This document shows positions 17,528 through 25,976 of a DNA stretch of 30,247 nt, piece by piece. The stretch covers positions 1 to 30,247 of the forward strand of contig CBDESZ010000014.1 in NCBI GenBank assembly GCA_965242725.1, written 5' to 3'. The DNA is from Alkalispirochaeta sp. (GTDB taxonomy: Bacteria > Spirochaetota > Spirochaetia > DSM-27196 > Alkalispirochaetaceae). The notes beneath the pieces were generated by a model. That model did not search any database. It saw only the letters and a program-made list of their open reading frames with translations, and was not told where the DNA came from. The first letter of the stretch is position 1. Every line of letters starts with the position of its first letter. Made by a program: the position numbers and the translations under genes.

Positions 17528-19579
17528 TCAGTACCGGTAGGACGCCGCCACGCTGAATGAGCGCCCCGGCGCGGGGTAATAGGCGGTGGTGCCCGAAAAG
17601 GATGAGTAGAACTGAAGCGGCGCGTACCGCACGTCGAAGGCGTTCTTCAGCTCCGCCGTGACCGAGAGGTCCCCCGGTACCGCCGGCCGGAAACGTACAA
17701 AGAGATCGGTCACGGCCCAGGGGGAGATGCGATCCGTTTCATTTGCGCTGTCGCCGCCCTGATAGGCGGCGCTGCGAAAGGTCAGGGCGGGACCAAACTC
17801 GAGTCCCAGTCCCGTTCCGGGCCGGAGGGCCAGTTCCCCGTCCACGGAATGGTTGGGAACGAGGGGGACCTCCCTGCCCCTGTTGTCGCCCCCGGCAAAG
17901 GTGGCCAGGACGTAGCTGTAGCCGCCGGTGAGGCGGAAGTGCTCCGTCGGTTCGGCGGTGAGCCTGAAGTCGGCGCCGACCCGGTTGGTGGAACCGATGT
18001 TTTTGTTTGCCATCGCAGAGGCGTCATAGGCGATTTCATCCTCCATGGCGAGCCACCATACGCTTGCCTCAACCTGCGCTTTTCGCCCGGGATAGATGCC
18101 GACGCCGGCCTCGGCGGTGACGCCTCGCTCCGGGTCAAGATCATCGAGGAATTGATCGCCGAATCCCTGCACCGACGCCTGCTCGTCCAGAAGGGGATAG
18201 CGGAAGAGGGTGCCGCCGGAGAGGTAGATCTTGGCGATTTCCACGGGGCGGAACACCGCTTCCGCGTCAAAGACAAACGCCTCATGCGTCTTCCGGTCAT
18301 CAATGCCGCTCGACTCCTTTTCCGCGGTGAAGGTGCTGCGGTCGTAGCGCACCGTTCCGGCGAGGTCGAGCTCTTCCGTCACATAGACGGTCGTTGAAAG
18401 GGCCGTTCCGATTGTGTGGTGGCCGAGGATGGCTGTGTAGTCCCGAGTCTCCCGATCCGCATCGGTATACGAGCGAATCCTCTGTCGCGCCGTTGACCAG
18501 TCCACACCGATCCGGGAGCGCAGGGGGAGGGCCCCGGCATCCCAGTCCACCGTTACGGCCGGTGAAGCCGAGAATGTGTGGAGGTCGCGGTCGATGTAGC
18601 TGGAAAAGCTTGCGGTGTCCGTCTCGACGAGGCGGCCCGCGTAATTAACGGGCACGTTCACCCTGATGAGCGGTCCCGACATCCACTCCACGGCGACACC
18701 GAGATCGATCTGCTCTTCCCGCGCCTCGTCGCCGGGGTTGCCCGCCTGCGTCGGGTCGTCTTTATACGCCGCCTCGGTGAGGCTTCCCGGCATTTCATAG
18801 GAGATGTCGCCGTACCGGCCGGAAAGGCGCAGCGTGAGAGGAGCCGGCACGTCGAAATCGCTGCGAAGGGAGATGTTCCGGGCCTCGTAGGCCGAACGCT
18901 CCCGGTATCCGTCGGTGGTGTAGTGCTCCGCCGACGCGCGCAGGCGTGCCCGTTCTTCCGCAACGTCGACGGTAATGCGACTGCCCGCCTGATTGAATGA
19001 GCCGAGGCTTCCCGATGCGGTGACGGAAAAGGACGTCTCCGCCTCTTTGGTGATGATGTTGATGACGCCGCCCAGGGCGTTGTTGCCGTAGATCGCGCTT
19101 GCGCCGCCGTGGACGACCTCGATGCGGTCGATTGTGTCCATGGGGATGCCGAGCCAGTTGATGCCGGACAGGTCGGGGCTGTTGAGGCGGCGTCCGTCAA
19201 CAAGGACGAGGACGCGGCTCCCGGAACCCTCGCCGAAACCGCGCATGTCGACGGTAGCCTGGGCATCGTTGGAGTAGGAGGTGAAGGAGATGCCGCTTTC
19301 TTGCTCAAGAATCTCCACGACGCTTGATGCGCCGCTGCGGCGGATCTCCTCCGCGGTTATAACTGAGACACCGGCTCCGGTGGCGACGATGTCGGTGAGG
19401 ATACGGTCGGCGGTGACGACGACGGAGAGATCCGGTGTTGGATCGTCGGTTTGCCGGTTCTGGGCGGGCAACTGGGCGGGGGAAGCAAGTACCGCCGTCC
19501 AGAGCAGGGTGAGCGCGGCTATTGGGTACCACGCGAAATGTGACGAAGTTCGATTTACAAAAAATTTACGAAAAATCAA
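17528..19579 (-). CDS. btuB: TonB-dependent outer-membrane receptor, probably for cobalamin (BtuB-like)
   Basis: TonB-box-like 'DLSVVVTADR', plug motifs ('VSVITAEEI', 'MRGFG', 'VLVDGRR', 'IDRIEVVHGGASAIYGNNALGGVINIITK'), and C-terminal 'KNAFD...PGRSFSVAASYRY'. Start re-assigned to TTG 19579 (GAGG upstream, signal peptide follows). Substrate inferred from the riboswitches; the symbol is tentative. Confidence 0.88.
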   Translation of the reverse strand: MIFRKFFVNRTSSHFAWYPIAALTLLWTAVLASPAQLPAQNRQTDDPTPDLSVVVTADRILTDIVATGAGVSVITAEEIRRSGASSVVEILEQESGISFTSYSNDAQATVDMRGFGEGSGSRVLVLVDGRRLNSPDLSGINWLGIPMDTIDRIEVVHGGASAIYGNNALGGVINIITKEAETSFSVTASGSLGSFNQAGSRITVDVAEERARLRASAEHYTTDGYRERSAYEARNISLRSDFDVPAPLTLRLSGRYGDISYEMPGSLTEAAYKDDPTQAGNPGDEAREEQIDLGVAVEWMSGPLIRVNVPVNYAGRLVETDTASFSSYIDRDLHTFSASPAVTVDWDAGALPLRSRIGVDWSTARQRIRSYTDADRETRDYTAILGHHTIGTALSTTVYVTEELDLAGTVRYDRSTFTAEKESSGIDDRKTHEAFVFDAEAVFRPVEIAKIYLSGGTLFRYPLLDEQASVQGFGDQFLDDLDPERGVTAEAGVGIYPGRKAQVEASVWWLAMEDEIAYDASAMANKNIGSTNRVGADFRLTAEPTEHFRLTGGYSYVLATFAGGDNRGREVPLVPNHSVDGELALRPGTGLGLEFGPALTFRSAAYQGGDSANETDRISPWAVTDLFVRFRPAVPGDLSVTAELKNAFDVRYAPLQFYSSFSGTTAYYPAPGRSFSVAASYRY

Positions 19580-19589
19580 TTGTGGATTT

Positions 19590-19785
19590 CCTCTTGTGTT
19601 CGTGAGAGTACGACCGTCATGCGCGGTGCGCCCGGTCGTCTTGCGGGAGAATCGTCTTCTGGCTGACGGATACTCGACGCTGCGCCTTCCCGCCGCGGGC
19701 GGCAGTGGCATGTGGGCATCTCTCATCCGATTACAGCGGCACGTCCGCACCCGATTTGCACGGGTTTCCGTTATTCTTCCGCTCC
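19590..19785 (-). promoter_or_regulatory. Second (variant) cobalamin riboswitch, adjacent to the receptor RBS
   Basis: Minus strand: GCGGAAGAATAACGGAA-ACCCG TGCAAAT CGGGT-GCGG ACGTG CCGC-TGTAA...GCCACTG...CGGGAAGGC...AGCCAGAAGACGATTCTCCCGC. A downstream hairpin CTCT-CACGAACACA-AGAG overlaps the SD. Confidence 0.8.
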
Positions 19786-19829
19786 ATCTTGTCTGTATGT
19801 GTGTTCGTTCTCGAAAAGGAATCGTGGCG

Positions 19830-19958
19830 TTACCGTCCCGGGGCGACCTCCCTCCCTTCGGATGCGGCGCGGTTGGAAGCGGCGCGAATGCGCGGCACGA
19901 TACCTGTGAGTTGTGCGAAAGGGTATGGATGGTGAACGATAGCTATCGTCCGGGGCAC
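19830..19958 (-). CDS. Putative 42-aa upstream ORF/leader peptide between the two riboswitches
   Basis: GGAGG lies 5 nt before GTG 19958. Reads MPRTIAIVHHPYPFAQLTGIVPRIRAASNRAASEGREVAPGR*. No recognisable family. Confidence 0.3.
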   Translation of the reverse strand: MPRTIAIVHHPYPFAQLTGIVPRIRAASNRAASEGREVAPGR

Positions 19959-20125
19959 GCCTTCCTCCGAGGCCGTACATGGTTTGCAGACGGGCAGGTC
20001 TCCTGACTTACGGTTCTACGTCTGCAGGCGCCTTCCCGTGCGGTGGCGTATGCCTGCATCCTCACCGAATACAGTAGCGGGGACTGTCCCGGACTCTCAC
20101 CGGGTTCCCTTCACCTCGTCCGGAT
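19959..20125 (-). promoter_or_regulatory. Cobalamin (AdoCbl) riboswitch, first copy
   Basis: Minus strand: AGGTGAAGGGAA-CCCGG TGAGAGT CCGGG-ACAGTCCCCGCTACTGTA...GCCACCG..CGGGAAGGC...AAGTCAGGAGACCTGCC (B12 box), then the hairpin GCCT-CGGAGGA-AGGC. Confidence 0.93.
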
Positions 20126-20140
20126 GTTACGGATGTATTG

Positions 20141-20169
20141 ATGGTAGCAGGGGGAGATCGGTCCGTCAA
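20141..20169 (-). promoter_or_regulatory. sigma70 promoter for the riboswitch-receptor-tonB transcript
   Basis: TTGACG(20169-64)-17 nt-TACCAT(20146-41) with an extended -10 TG. Predicted +1 is just 5' of riboswitch 1. Confidence 0.75.
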
Positions 20170-20170
20170 C

Positions 20171-20226
20171 GCGGCGGTGGGAGTCGGCGGTGGGTGTCGG
20201 CTGTTGGCGTCGGCTGATGGCGTCGG
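20171..20226. repeat. Degenerate 13-bp tandem repeat (about 4.3 copies)
   Basis: GCGGCGGTGGGAG / TCGGCGGTGGGTG / TCGGCTGTTGGCG / TCGGCTGATGGCG / TCGG. Confidence 0.65.
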
Positions 20227-20268
20227 GGTCAGGTACCGGCGCGCGCCCTCTGCCGACACAGCCATGTG

Positions 20269-20297
20269 TTGGCGCGGTCGGCCATACCGTTCATAAT
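20269..20297 (+). promoter_or_regulatory. Putative sigma70 promoter for the btuFCD-like operon
   Basis: TTGGCG(20269-74)-17 nt-CATAAT(20292-97), then GGAGGGAG SD and ATG at 20314. Confidence 0.55.
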
Positions 20298-20313
20298 CGC
20301 GGAGGGAGATTGT

Positions 20314-21453
20314 ATGACGTTCCGGAAATGCACATACGCCGTTCTCATCGTCGCGATGGCTCTCGGACCCGTCGCAGCAGCGGTGAGTCAGGAGTTCTCG
20401 ACGTCGTTATCCATCGACGATGAATGTGAACCGCTGACGGTGGTGACCGTTACAGATGCCTGGCCGGGGGCGGAACCGTTGCGGTACGCCTTTGTTTCGG
20501 CGGGTTCGGCGGTGGGCCGGGCGGCGGCTCCTTCCCCCGCGCTGGCGGATGCATTTGATGAAGTCATTTCCGTTCCCCTGGAACGGGTTATCTCCCTCTC
20601 GTCAACGGCGATACCCCATATCCGTGATCTTGGTATGGCGGACCGACTCGTCGGTGTGGACCGCGGGGACCATATCTATGATGAGGATATTCACCGTGCG
20701 GTGGAATCGGGGCGGATCGTCGAGGTTGGTTCCGGGGGGACGCTGAATCTGGAACGAGTTGTCGCCGCCCGGCCCGATGTCGTTCTCACCTCGGCGATGG
20801 GGAGTGACGATCCGACGCTGCGGCGGCTGAAGGCCGCCGGTATTCCCGTCATCGTCCTTGCGGACTGGCGGGAGCAGTCTCCCCTGGGTCGCGCGGAGTG
20901 GATCCGTTTTTTTGGGGTGCTCTTTGACCGGACGGCACAGGGGGACGCCCTGTTTGCGGAACGGGTGACGTCGTACCGCCGTATTGCCGGGGTTGCTCGC
21001 GACCTCCCGCCGGACGAGCGGCCGACGATTGTTGCCAACGCGCCGTGGCAGGGTACGTGGCCCGTACCGGGGGGCGACAGCTATGTGGCCACCCTCTTTC
21101 ATGACGCCGGCGGACGCTATCTCTGGGCGGAAACATCGGGAACGGGGTCCCGGTTTCTCGATCTCGAGTCGGTTCTTCAACGGGCGGTACACGCCGAGTT
21201 CTGGTTGCACCTCAATACGGGGTGGGAGTCCCGGGCCGATGCCCGCAATCTCGACGAGCGGCTCACCCTGTTCCAGGCGTACCGGGAGGGACGCATGTAC
21301 CACTACTCCCGAAGGGTACGCCCCTGGGGAGCCAACGATTTCTGGGAGTCCGGCGCGGCGCGGCCAGATCTCGTCCTGGCAGATCTTCTTCACATCCTGC
21401 ATCCCCGGCTGCTGCCGGAACATGAGCTCATCTTCTATCGGAGTCTCCCGTGA
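20314..21453 (+). CDS. btuF: ABC transporter substrate-binding protein, cobalamin/iron-siderophore family (BtuF-like)
   Basis: Signal peptide from ATG 20314. Motifs 'PLERVISLSST', 'LVGVD', 'NLERVVAARPDVVL', 'EQSPLGRAEWIRFFG', 'DFWESGAARPDLVLADL'. B12 specificity inferred from context. Confidence 0.85.
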   Translation: MTFRKCTYAVLIVAMALGPVAAAVSQEFSTSLSIDDECEPLTVVTVTDAWPGAEPLRYAFVSAGSAVGRAAAPSPALADAFDEVISVPLERVISLSSTAIPHIRDLGMADRLVGVDRGDHIYDEDIHRAVESGRIVEVGSGGTLNLERVVAARPDVVLTSAMGSDDPTLRRLKAAGIPVIVLADWREQSPLGRAEWIRFFGVLFDRTAQGDALFAERVTSYRRIAGVARDLPPDERPTIVANAPWQGTWPVPGGDSYVATLFHDAGGRYLWAETSGTGSRFLDLESVLQRAVHAEFWLHLNTGWESRADARNLDERLTLFQAYREGRMYHYSRRVRPWGANDFWESGAARPDLVLADLLHILHPRLLPEHELIFYRSLP

Positions 21454-21524
21454 GGCGCGCCGATGGATAGGTACATGGGAGCGGGAGTGAAGAAAACCGC
21501 GACGTCGGAGAATGAGGCGGCCCC

Positions 21525-22553
21525 GTGAACGTACGAGTTCTCCTCCTCATACCCCTTCTCGTGATGCTTGCCGTTCTTTCCCTTTCGGTCGGGTCCGTTA
21601 CCATACCTGCAGGCGAGCTCTGGGATGCATGGTTTCCGGCGCGAGGACCGCTGCGGAGCCCGCCGCGGCGGATGCGTCGGTTGCACGCATCATTCTGCAC
21701 ACAATCAGGGTGCCCCGGACGGTTACCGCCGCCGCGGCGGGAGCCGCCCTCAGCCTGGCGGGGCTCCTCATGCAGACCGTATTCAGGAACGCCCTTGCCG
21801 GACCTGGCGTGCTGGGAGTCACCTCCGGCGCGGGGCTCGGCGTGGCGGTCGTCATCCTTGGCGGCGCGACGTTGCAGTCGATCGTGCCCGTCGGTGCGGC
21901 GGCGGTACTCGGAGCGTCGACGGTGCTGGGGCTGGCCCTCCTGGTCAACCGGGTGGTCGGGCAGCCGGTCATCCTCCTGGTGCTGGGACTGCTCTTCGGG
22001 TACGCCGCCAGCGCCGGCACCACCCTCCTCATGGCGTCGAGCCCGGCGGAGGGTCTTGAGCGCTATGTGGTGTGGAGTTTCGGTTCATTTGCCTGCCTCC
22101 GGGGCCGGGGCCCCCGGCGCTGGCGGCGGTCACCCTTGCGGCGGCGCCCTCCTCACCTGGTCGGGCAGACGGCTGGACGCCCTCCTTCTGGGCCGCCTCT
22201 ATGCGGAAAGCGCCGGTCTGAACGCCCGGGCGGTACAGGGCGCACTGATTCTGCTGGCAGGCACCCTTACCGGACTCGTGACGGCAATGACCGGTCCGAT
22301 CACCTTCATCGGGGTGGCGGTACCCCATCTGGCGCGGGGGTGGGTGCGCAGTTCCCGGCATCGCGTGCTCGTTCCCGCCGTCCTGCTTCTGGGGGCGTCC
22401 CTGGGTATAGCCGCCGATATCGTCTCCCGTATGCCCGGTACCGACCGGGTGCTCCCCCTCAATTCGGTGATGGCACTGGTGGGTGTGCCTGTTGTACTCA
22501 CCGTGCTCCTCCGTCCCGGCCGGCGGGTCACCGAGGAGGGCATCGGGCTGTGA
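21525..22553 (+). CDS. btuC: FecCD/BtuC-family ABC permease (compensating apparent frameshifts near 21640 and 22100-22140)
   Basis: N- and C-termini are in the 21525 frame ('LSVGSVTIP', 'LDALLLG', 'GPITFIGVAVPHLAR', 'LPLNSVMALVGVP'). The middle is in the 21512 frame ('IRVPRT', 'GLLMQTVFRNALAGPGVLGVTSGA', 'WSFGSF'). Confidence 0.85.
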   Translation: MNVRVLLLIPLLVMLAVLSLSVGSVTIPAGELWDAWFPARGPLRSPPRRMRRLHASFCTQSGCPGRLPPPRREPPSAWRGSSCRPYSGTPLPDLACWESPPARGSAWRSSSLAARRCSRSCPSVRRRYSERRRCWGWPSWSTGWSGSRSSSWCWDCSSGTPPAPAPPSSWRRARRRVLSAMWCGVSVHLPASGAGAPGAGGGHPCGGALLTWSGRRLDALLLGRLYAESAGLNARAVQGALILLAGTLTGLVTAMTGPITFIGVAVPHLARGWVRSSRHRVLVPAVLLLGASLGIAADIVSRMPGTDRVLPLNSVMALVGVPVVLTVLLRPGRRVTEEGIGL

Positions 22554-23328
22554 GAGAACTGATCGTTGCACAGTCATTGTGTATCGGCTATCGCAGGGGG
22601 CCGACCGTCCTGGCCGACATCGCGACGCAGATCGTTGCGGGAGAGGTGCTGTGCATCATCGGCCCCAACGGCGGCGGCAAGACGACGCTCCTGCGCACCC
22701 TTTCGGGACTGCACCCGCCGCGGGCGGGGTCGGTCCTGCTCAACGGACGTCCCCTCTACGGTCGGGGTGCTCTGGAGCGGCGGCAGCGGGCACGCAGGGT
22801 GGCCGTCGTCCTGACCGACCACGTGGCGCCGGCGTATCTGCGGGTCCGTGAACTGGTATCACTCGGACGTTTACCCTACAGACCTTCCGCGAAGGCCGAC
22901 AGGAATGCTGTTGAACGGGCCATGGAAGAGAGCGGCATCGCCCACCTGGCGAATCGTCCGGTGGGAGAACTCAGCGACGGTGAACGGCAGCGGGTGATGG
23001 TGGCACGTGGCCTGGCACAGGAACCGGAGATTCTGTTGCTCGATGAGCCTGCAGTGCATCTCGACCCGCCCCATCAGAGCGAACTCTTTCTCCTCTTGCG
23101 GGATCTCGTCGCCGCCGGGCCGTTGCAAAGCGTTGCCATCGCAACGCATCAGCTCCATCTCGCCCTGCACTACAGTGACCGTCTTCTTCTGGTCGCCGGG
23201 GGGAGCGTCACCGCCGGAACCGCGGCGGAATTTCTCTCGGATGATCGGCTTGAGCGGGCATTACCGAGGGAACGGGACATCACCGTCTCATACTCGATGC
23301 CCATCGCGGGTGGTTTGTTCCTTCGTGA
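22550..23328 (+). CDS. btuD: ABC transporter ATP-binding protein (BtuD/FecE-like; apparent frameshift near 23260)
   Basis: GTG at 22550 (GTGA overlap with the permease stop, SD GAGGAGG). Walker A GPNGGGKTT, LSDGERQR, LLLDEP, H-loop ATHQ. The likely true C-terminus ...TEGTGHHRLILDAHRGWFVPS* ends at TGA 23328 in another frame. Confidence 0.85.
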
Positions 23329-23329
23329 G

Positions 23330-23358
23330 CTGACAGAACCCTCTCCCTCTGGTAGATT
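23330..23358 (+). promoter_or_regulatory. sigma70-like promoter abutting the next ATG (leaderless)
   Basis: CTGACA(23330-35)-17 nt-TAGATT(23353-58) with an extended -10 TG, 7 nt before ATG 23366. Confidence 0.55.
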
Positions 23359-23365
23359 GCTTCCT

Positions 23366-25205
23366 ATGCGCATTCGCAACGTTCGGCGTTATCTGATTCT
23401 TCCCCTCCTGTACGTTGGTGTGATCTTCGGGCTCCTCTTTCTTCAGTTTTCCGGACGGTTGACGGTACGAAAAGAAATCCGGAACCTTCATTTTACCGGT
23501 ACCCTGGTGGCAGGAGCGGATGAAACGAGCAGCAACATCACCGCCGCGCGTCTCGAGTTTGAGGGCATCCGCTTTGACTTTTCCGAGGATATCCCTCTCG
23601 TGATCGCCTCGGGCGGCGAGCCTGATATGCGTCTCCATCCCGGCGCTATGAAATCGAGGGCGATGAATTGCGAATGACCATGTCCGACGGGAGCGCCCTG
23701 CGCTTCAACGTCTCCGAGTCGGAACTGTCGGAACTGCATATCATCCCCGTCCCTACGGAAAACTGGCCCGCCCGGGGACAACTGATCATACCCTACCGCC
23801 TCACATCCGAAGCCGAACTCCGGGCGCCGGACACCTCCATGCCGGAGCAGCGGGAAATCATGGTGGGAGAACGGCGGTTCTTCCTCTCTTCGCCGCCGCG
23901 GACCGTCTTTGACGATACCCAGCAGAGCCTCATTATCCCTCTCGACGGGGAAGCCAGATGGTACGATACGCCGAGGTGTCACCTGAGGCTGAGGATATCA
24001 TTGAAGCAGCCTTCAGTGACGGACAGCGGACGATCGGAGTGGTGCGGTATGAACAGACAATTCGGGACTATCTCGACGTCGGGTATACCGGCTGGTCGGG
24101 AGAACGGTACAACGGCGGATCCGGAACGTGGTCGATGCGCGACGGCGCGGCGCGATTTTCCGAGGAGATCCTCACCGCCTATCTCGCGGAGGCGTGGCGG
24201 CGCAATGAGTATGCAACGGCTTTCAACCAGATGCGCCGCGCGGCGGACCTGCATCCCCAGGCGGTCGGGTTTCTTTCCGCTCCCTTCCTCGGTGACCTGA
24301 GAAGCGTTTCCGCGACGTTTGTGGAAGAGGACCGGGAGCGAGCGCAGAGCCTCGAGGCGCGCATCGCCGCCGGTGATCCCACGATTTTTCGCGATGAAGA
24401 TGTCATTATTCACGCCTCCCTCCACGGAAATGAACAGCTCTATCGGCTGCTCCTTGAATACATCGAGATTGTGGATTATCGCACCGTGGGGATTCCCACG
24501 GCGGTGGGAATGCTCGCCTCGGCGGTGGATACCGATTTTCCCGACCCTGCGGCGGAGGAGGCAACACGTCGCTTTCTGGGGATTATCGAGGAACGCCTCT
24601 TTCCCGCGGTACGGCGATTTGACGACTTCTTTTATCTCGAAACCGCCCAGGGTGAGATCGACGTATACCGTTCCATACGGGCGGGACAGCTTATCGAACG
24701 GGTTGGCCGGGACGAGGACAACCAGCTCTATATAACGGTGGGACGAAACCTCGTCATGTCGGGACTTCAGCTTGCGGACCCCCGGGGATTTCTCCCGGAG
24801 TTCCTCTATTTCAACGAGACGGGAATTCAGCGCCGTGAGGGGAGTTTCGGCGTGGAGCGGCTCTACGCCAGGTTTACGGAAAACCCCTGGTATCCCCGAG
24901 CCATTTCACTCTATGACGATCTCGGGGCGGGCAGTTTCATTTGGACGATCGCCGATTTCACAACCATCGATATCGGTGAGGAGACGTTTCGATTCAGACT
25001 GCAGTACCCCGCCAATCAGACCCACTACATCATCATGCAGGGTATTCCTCCCTTCAACTCGATGCAGCTCTTCGGGTTGCAGTGGCGCAACGACATCAGT
25101 TTTGAATCGTATATAAAGGGACGTCACTACGAGGAATCGACGCGAACGCTGATGATCAAATACACAGACAATTCAACGGAAGAGGATATCATTCTCAATT
25201 ACTGA
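23366..25205 (+). CDS. Large (~610 aa) N-terminally anchored hypothetical protein (apparent frameshifts near 23640 and 23950)
   Basis: MRIRNVRRYLILPLLYVGVIFGLLFLQFS forms a TM anchor. Three consecutive ORF segments (tail of 21512..23677, 23668..24300, 23958..25205) read through with single-base corrections. Function not recognised. Confidence 0.7.
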
Positions 25206-25208
25206 CCC

Positions 25209-25976
25209 ATGAACTACGCCGAACAATTCCACACGACCATGGCGGAGCTGAAAAGGCCCGCCCGCTTTTACTTTGTCCGTCACGGCGAGTCCGCCGGAAA
25301 CGTGGCCCGGAAGATGCAGGGTCACCTGGACAGTCCCCTTACCGACCGGGGGCGCCGTCAGGCGGCCCGAATGGGACAATGGTTCCGTTCCGGCGAAGTA
25401 ACGGTGGATCATCTTCTTACGTCACCCCTTCAGCGCGCCAGGGAAACGGCGGAGATTCTCGCACACCACGGTGAAATGCCGTCGCCGGAGATCCTGGAAG
25501 CCGCGAAGGAGCTCGACACCGGGATCTTCACAAATCTGTCGATGGACGAAATTGCGGAACGGTATCCCCGGGAGTACGCCGAATTTATCGTGAAGAGCTG
25601 GGAATCGGTGCCCGAGGCGGAGTCGATGGACGCTCTTGCTGCAAGGGGCGTGGCGGTCTGGCGTGCTGTGGTGGATGCGGTAAACGGCGGATCAGACCAT
25701 TCGACCCGAACGGTGGTGACCGTGACCCATGGCGGCGTGCTGCAGTGGATACTGAAGGTAGGTCTCGGTGCCGCACAAAGCGGGCAGTTGTCGTGGATGC
25801 CCCTCGTTCTGGCGTCAAATGCCGCCGTTTTTTCCTTCACCGCCCGGCCCGTACGGAGCAGAACCGATGATGGAGAAGTCAACTGGTACTACGGACAGTG
25901 GTCCCTGATGAACCACGTACCCGATGGAGACGGAACCGGCGCCGTCACGGCGCCGGAACAGTTTCACACACGGTAA
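25209..25976 (+). CDS. Histidine phosphatase / phosphoglycerate mutase family protein
   Basis: 'FVRHGES..N', 'PLTDRGRRQA', 'TSPLQRARETA', 'ELDTG', 'AES', 'VTHGG'. Confidence 0.9.
   Translation: MNYAEQFHTTMAELKRPARFYFVRHGESAGNVARKMQGHLDSPLTDRGRRQAARMGQWFRSGEVTVDHLLTSPLQRARETAEILAHHGEMPSPEILEAAKELDTGIFTNLSMDEIAERYPREYAEFIVKSWESVPEAESMDALAARGVAVWRAVVDAVNGGSDHSTRTVVTVTHGGVLQWILKVGLGAAQSGQLSWMPLVLASNAAVFSFTARPVRSRTDDGEVNWYYGQWSLMNHVPDGDGTGAVTAPEQFHTR

Noticed and set aside
19580..19750. 57-aa Arg-rich N-terminal extension of the TonB-dependent receptor
   Set aside because: This stretch is the second riboswitch. The SD plus TTG at 19579 gives a normal signal peptide.
19771..19980. 69-aa ORF from the track (MYGLGGRR...)
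   Set aside because: No SD before its ATG, it overlaps both riboswitch structures, and its composition looks non-coding. The GTG 19958 frame has better initiation signals.
20171..20226. Tandem repeats as a CRISPR array
   Set aside because: The 13-bp units are contiguous with no spacers, and there are no cas genes.
21512..23677. 721-aa ORF looking like a permease-ATPase-membrane protein fusion
   Set aside because: It is an artefact of frameshifts joining three genes. The ATPase has its own SD and GTG at 22550, and the third gene has its own promoter and ATG at 23366.
25209..25976. Calling the histidine phosphatase cobC because it is near the B12 transport genes
   Set aside because: It is separated from them by an unrelated gene with its own predicted promoter, no cobT/cobS/cobU is nearby, and the family motifs do not define the substrate.
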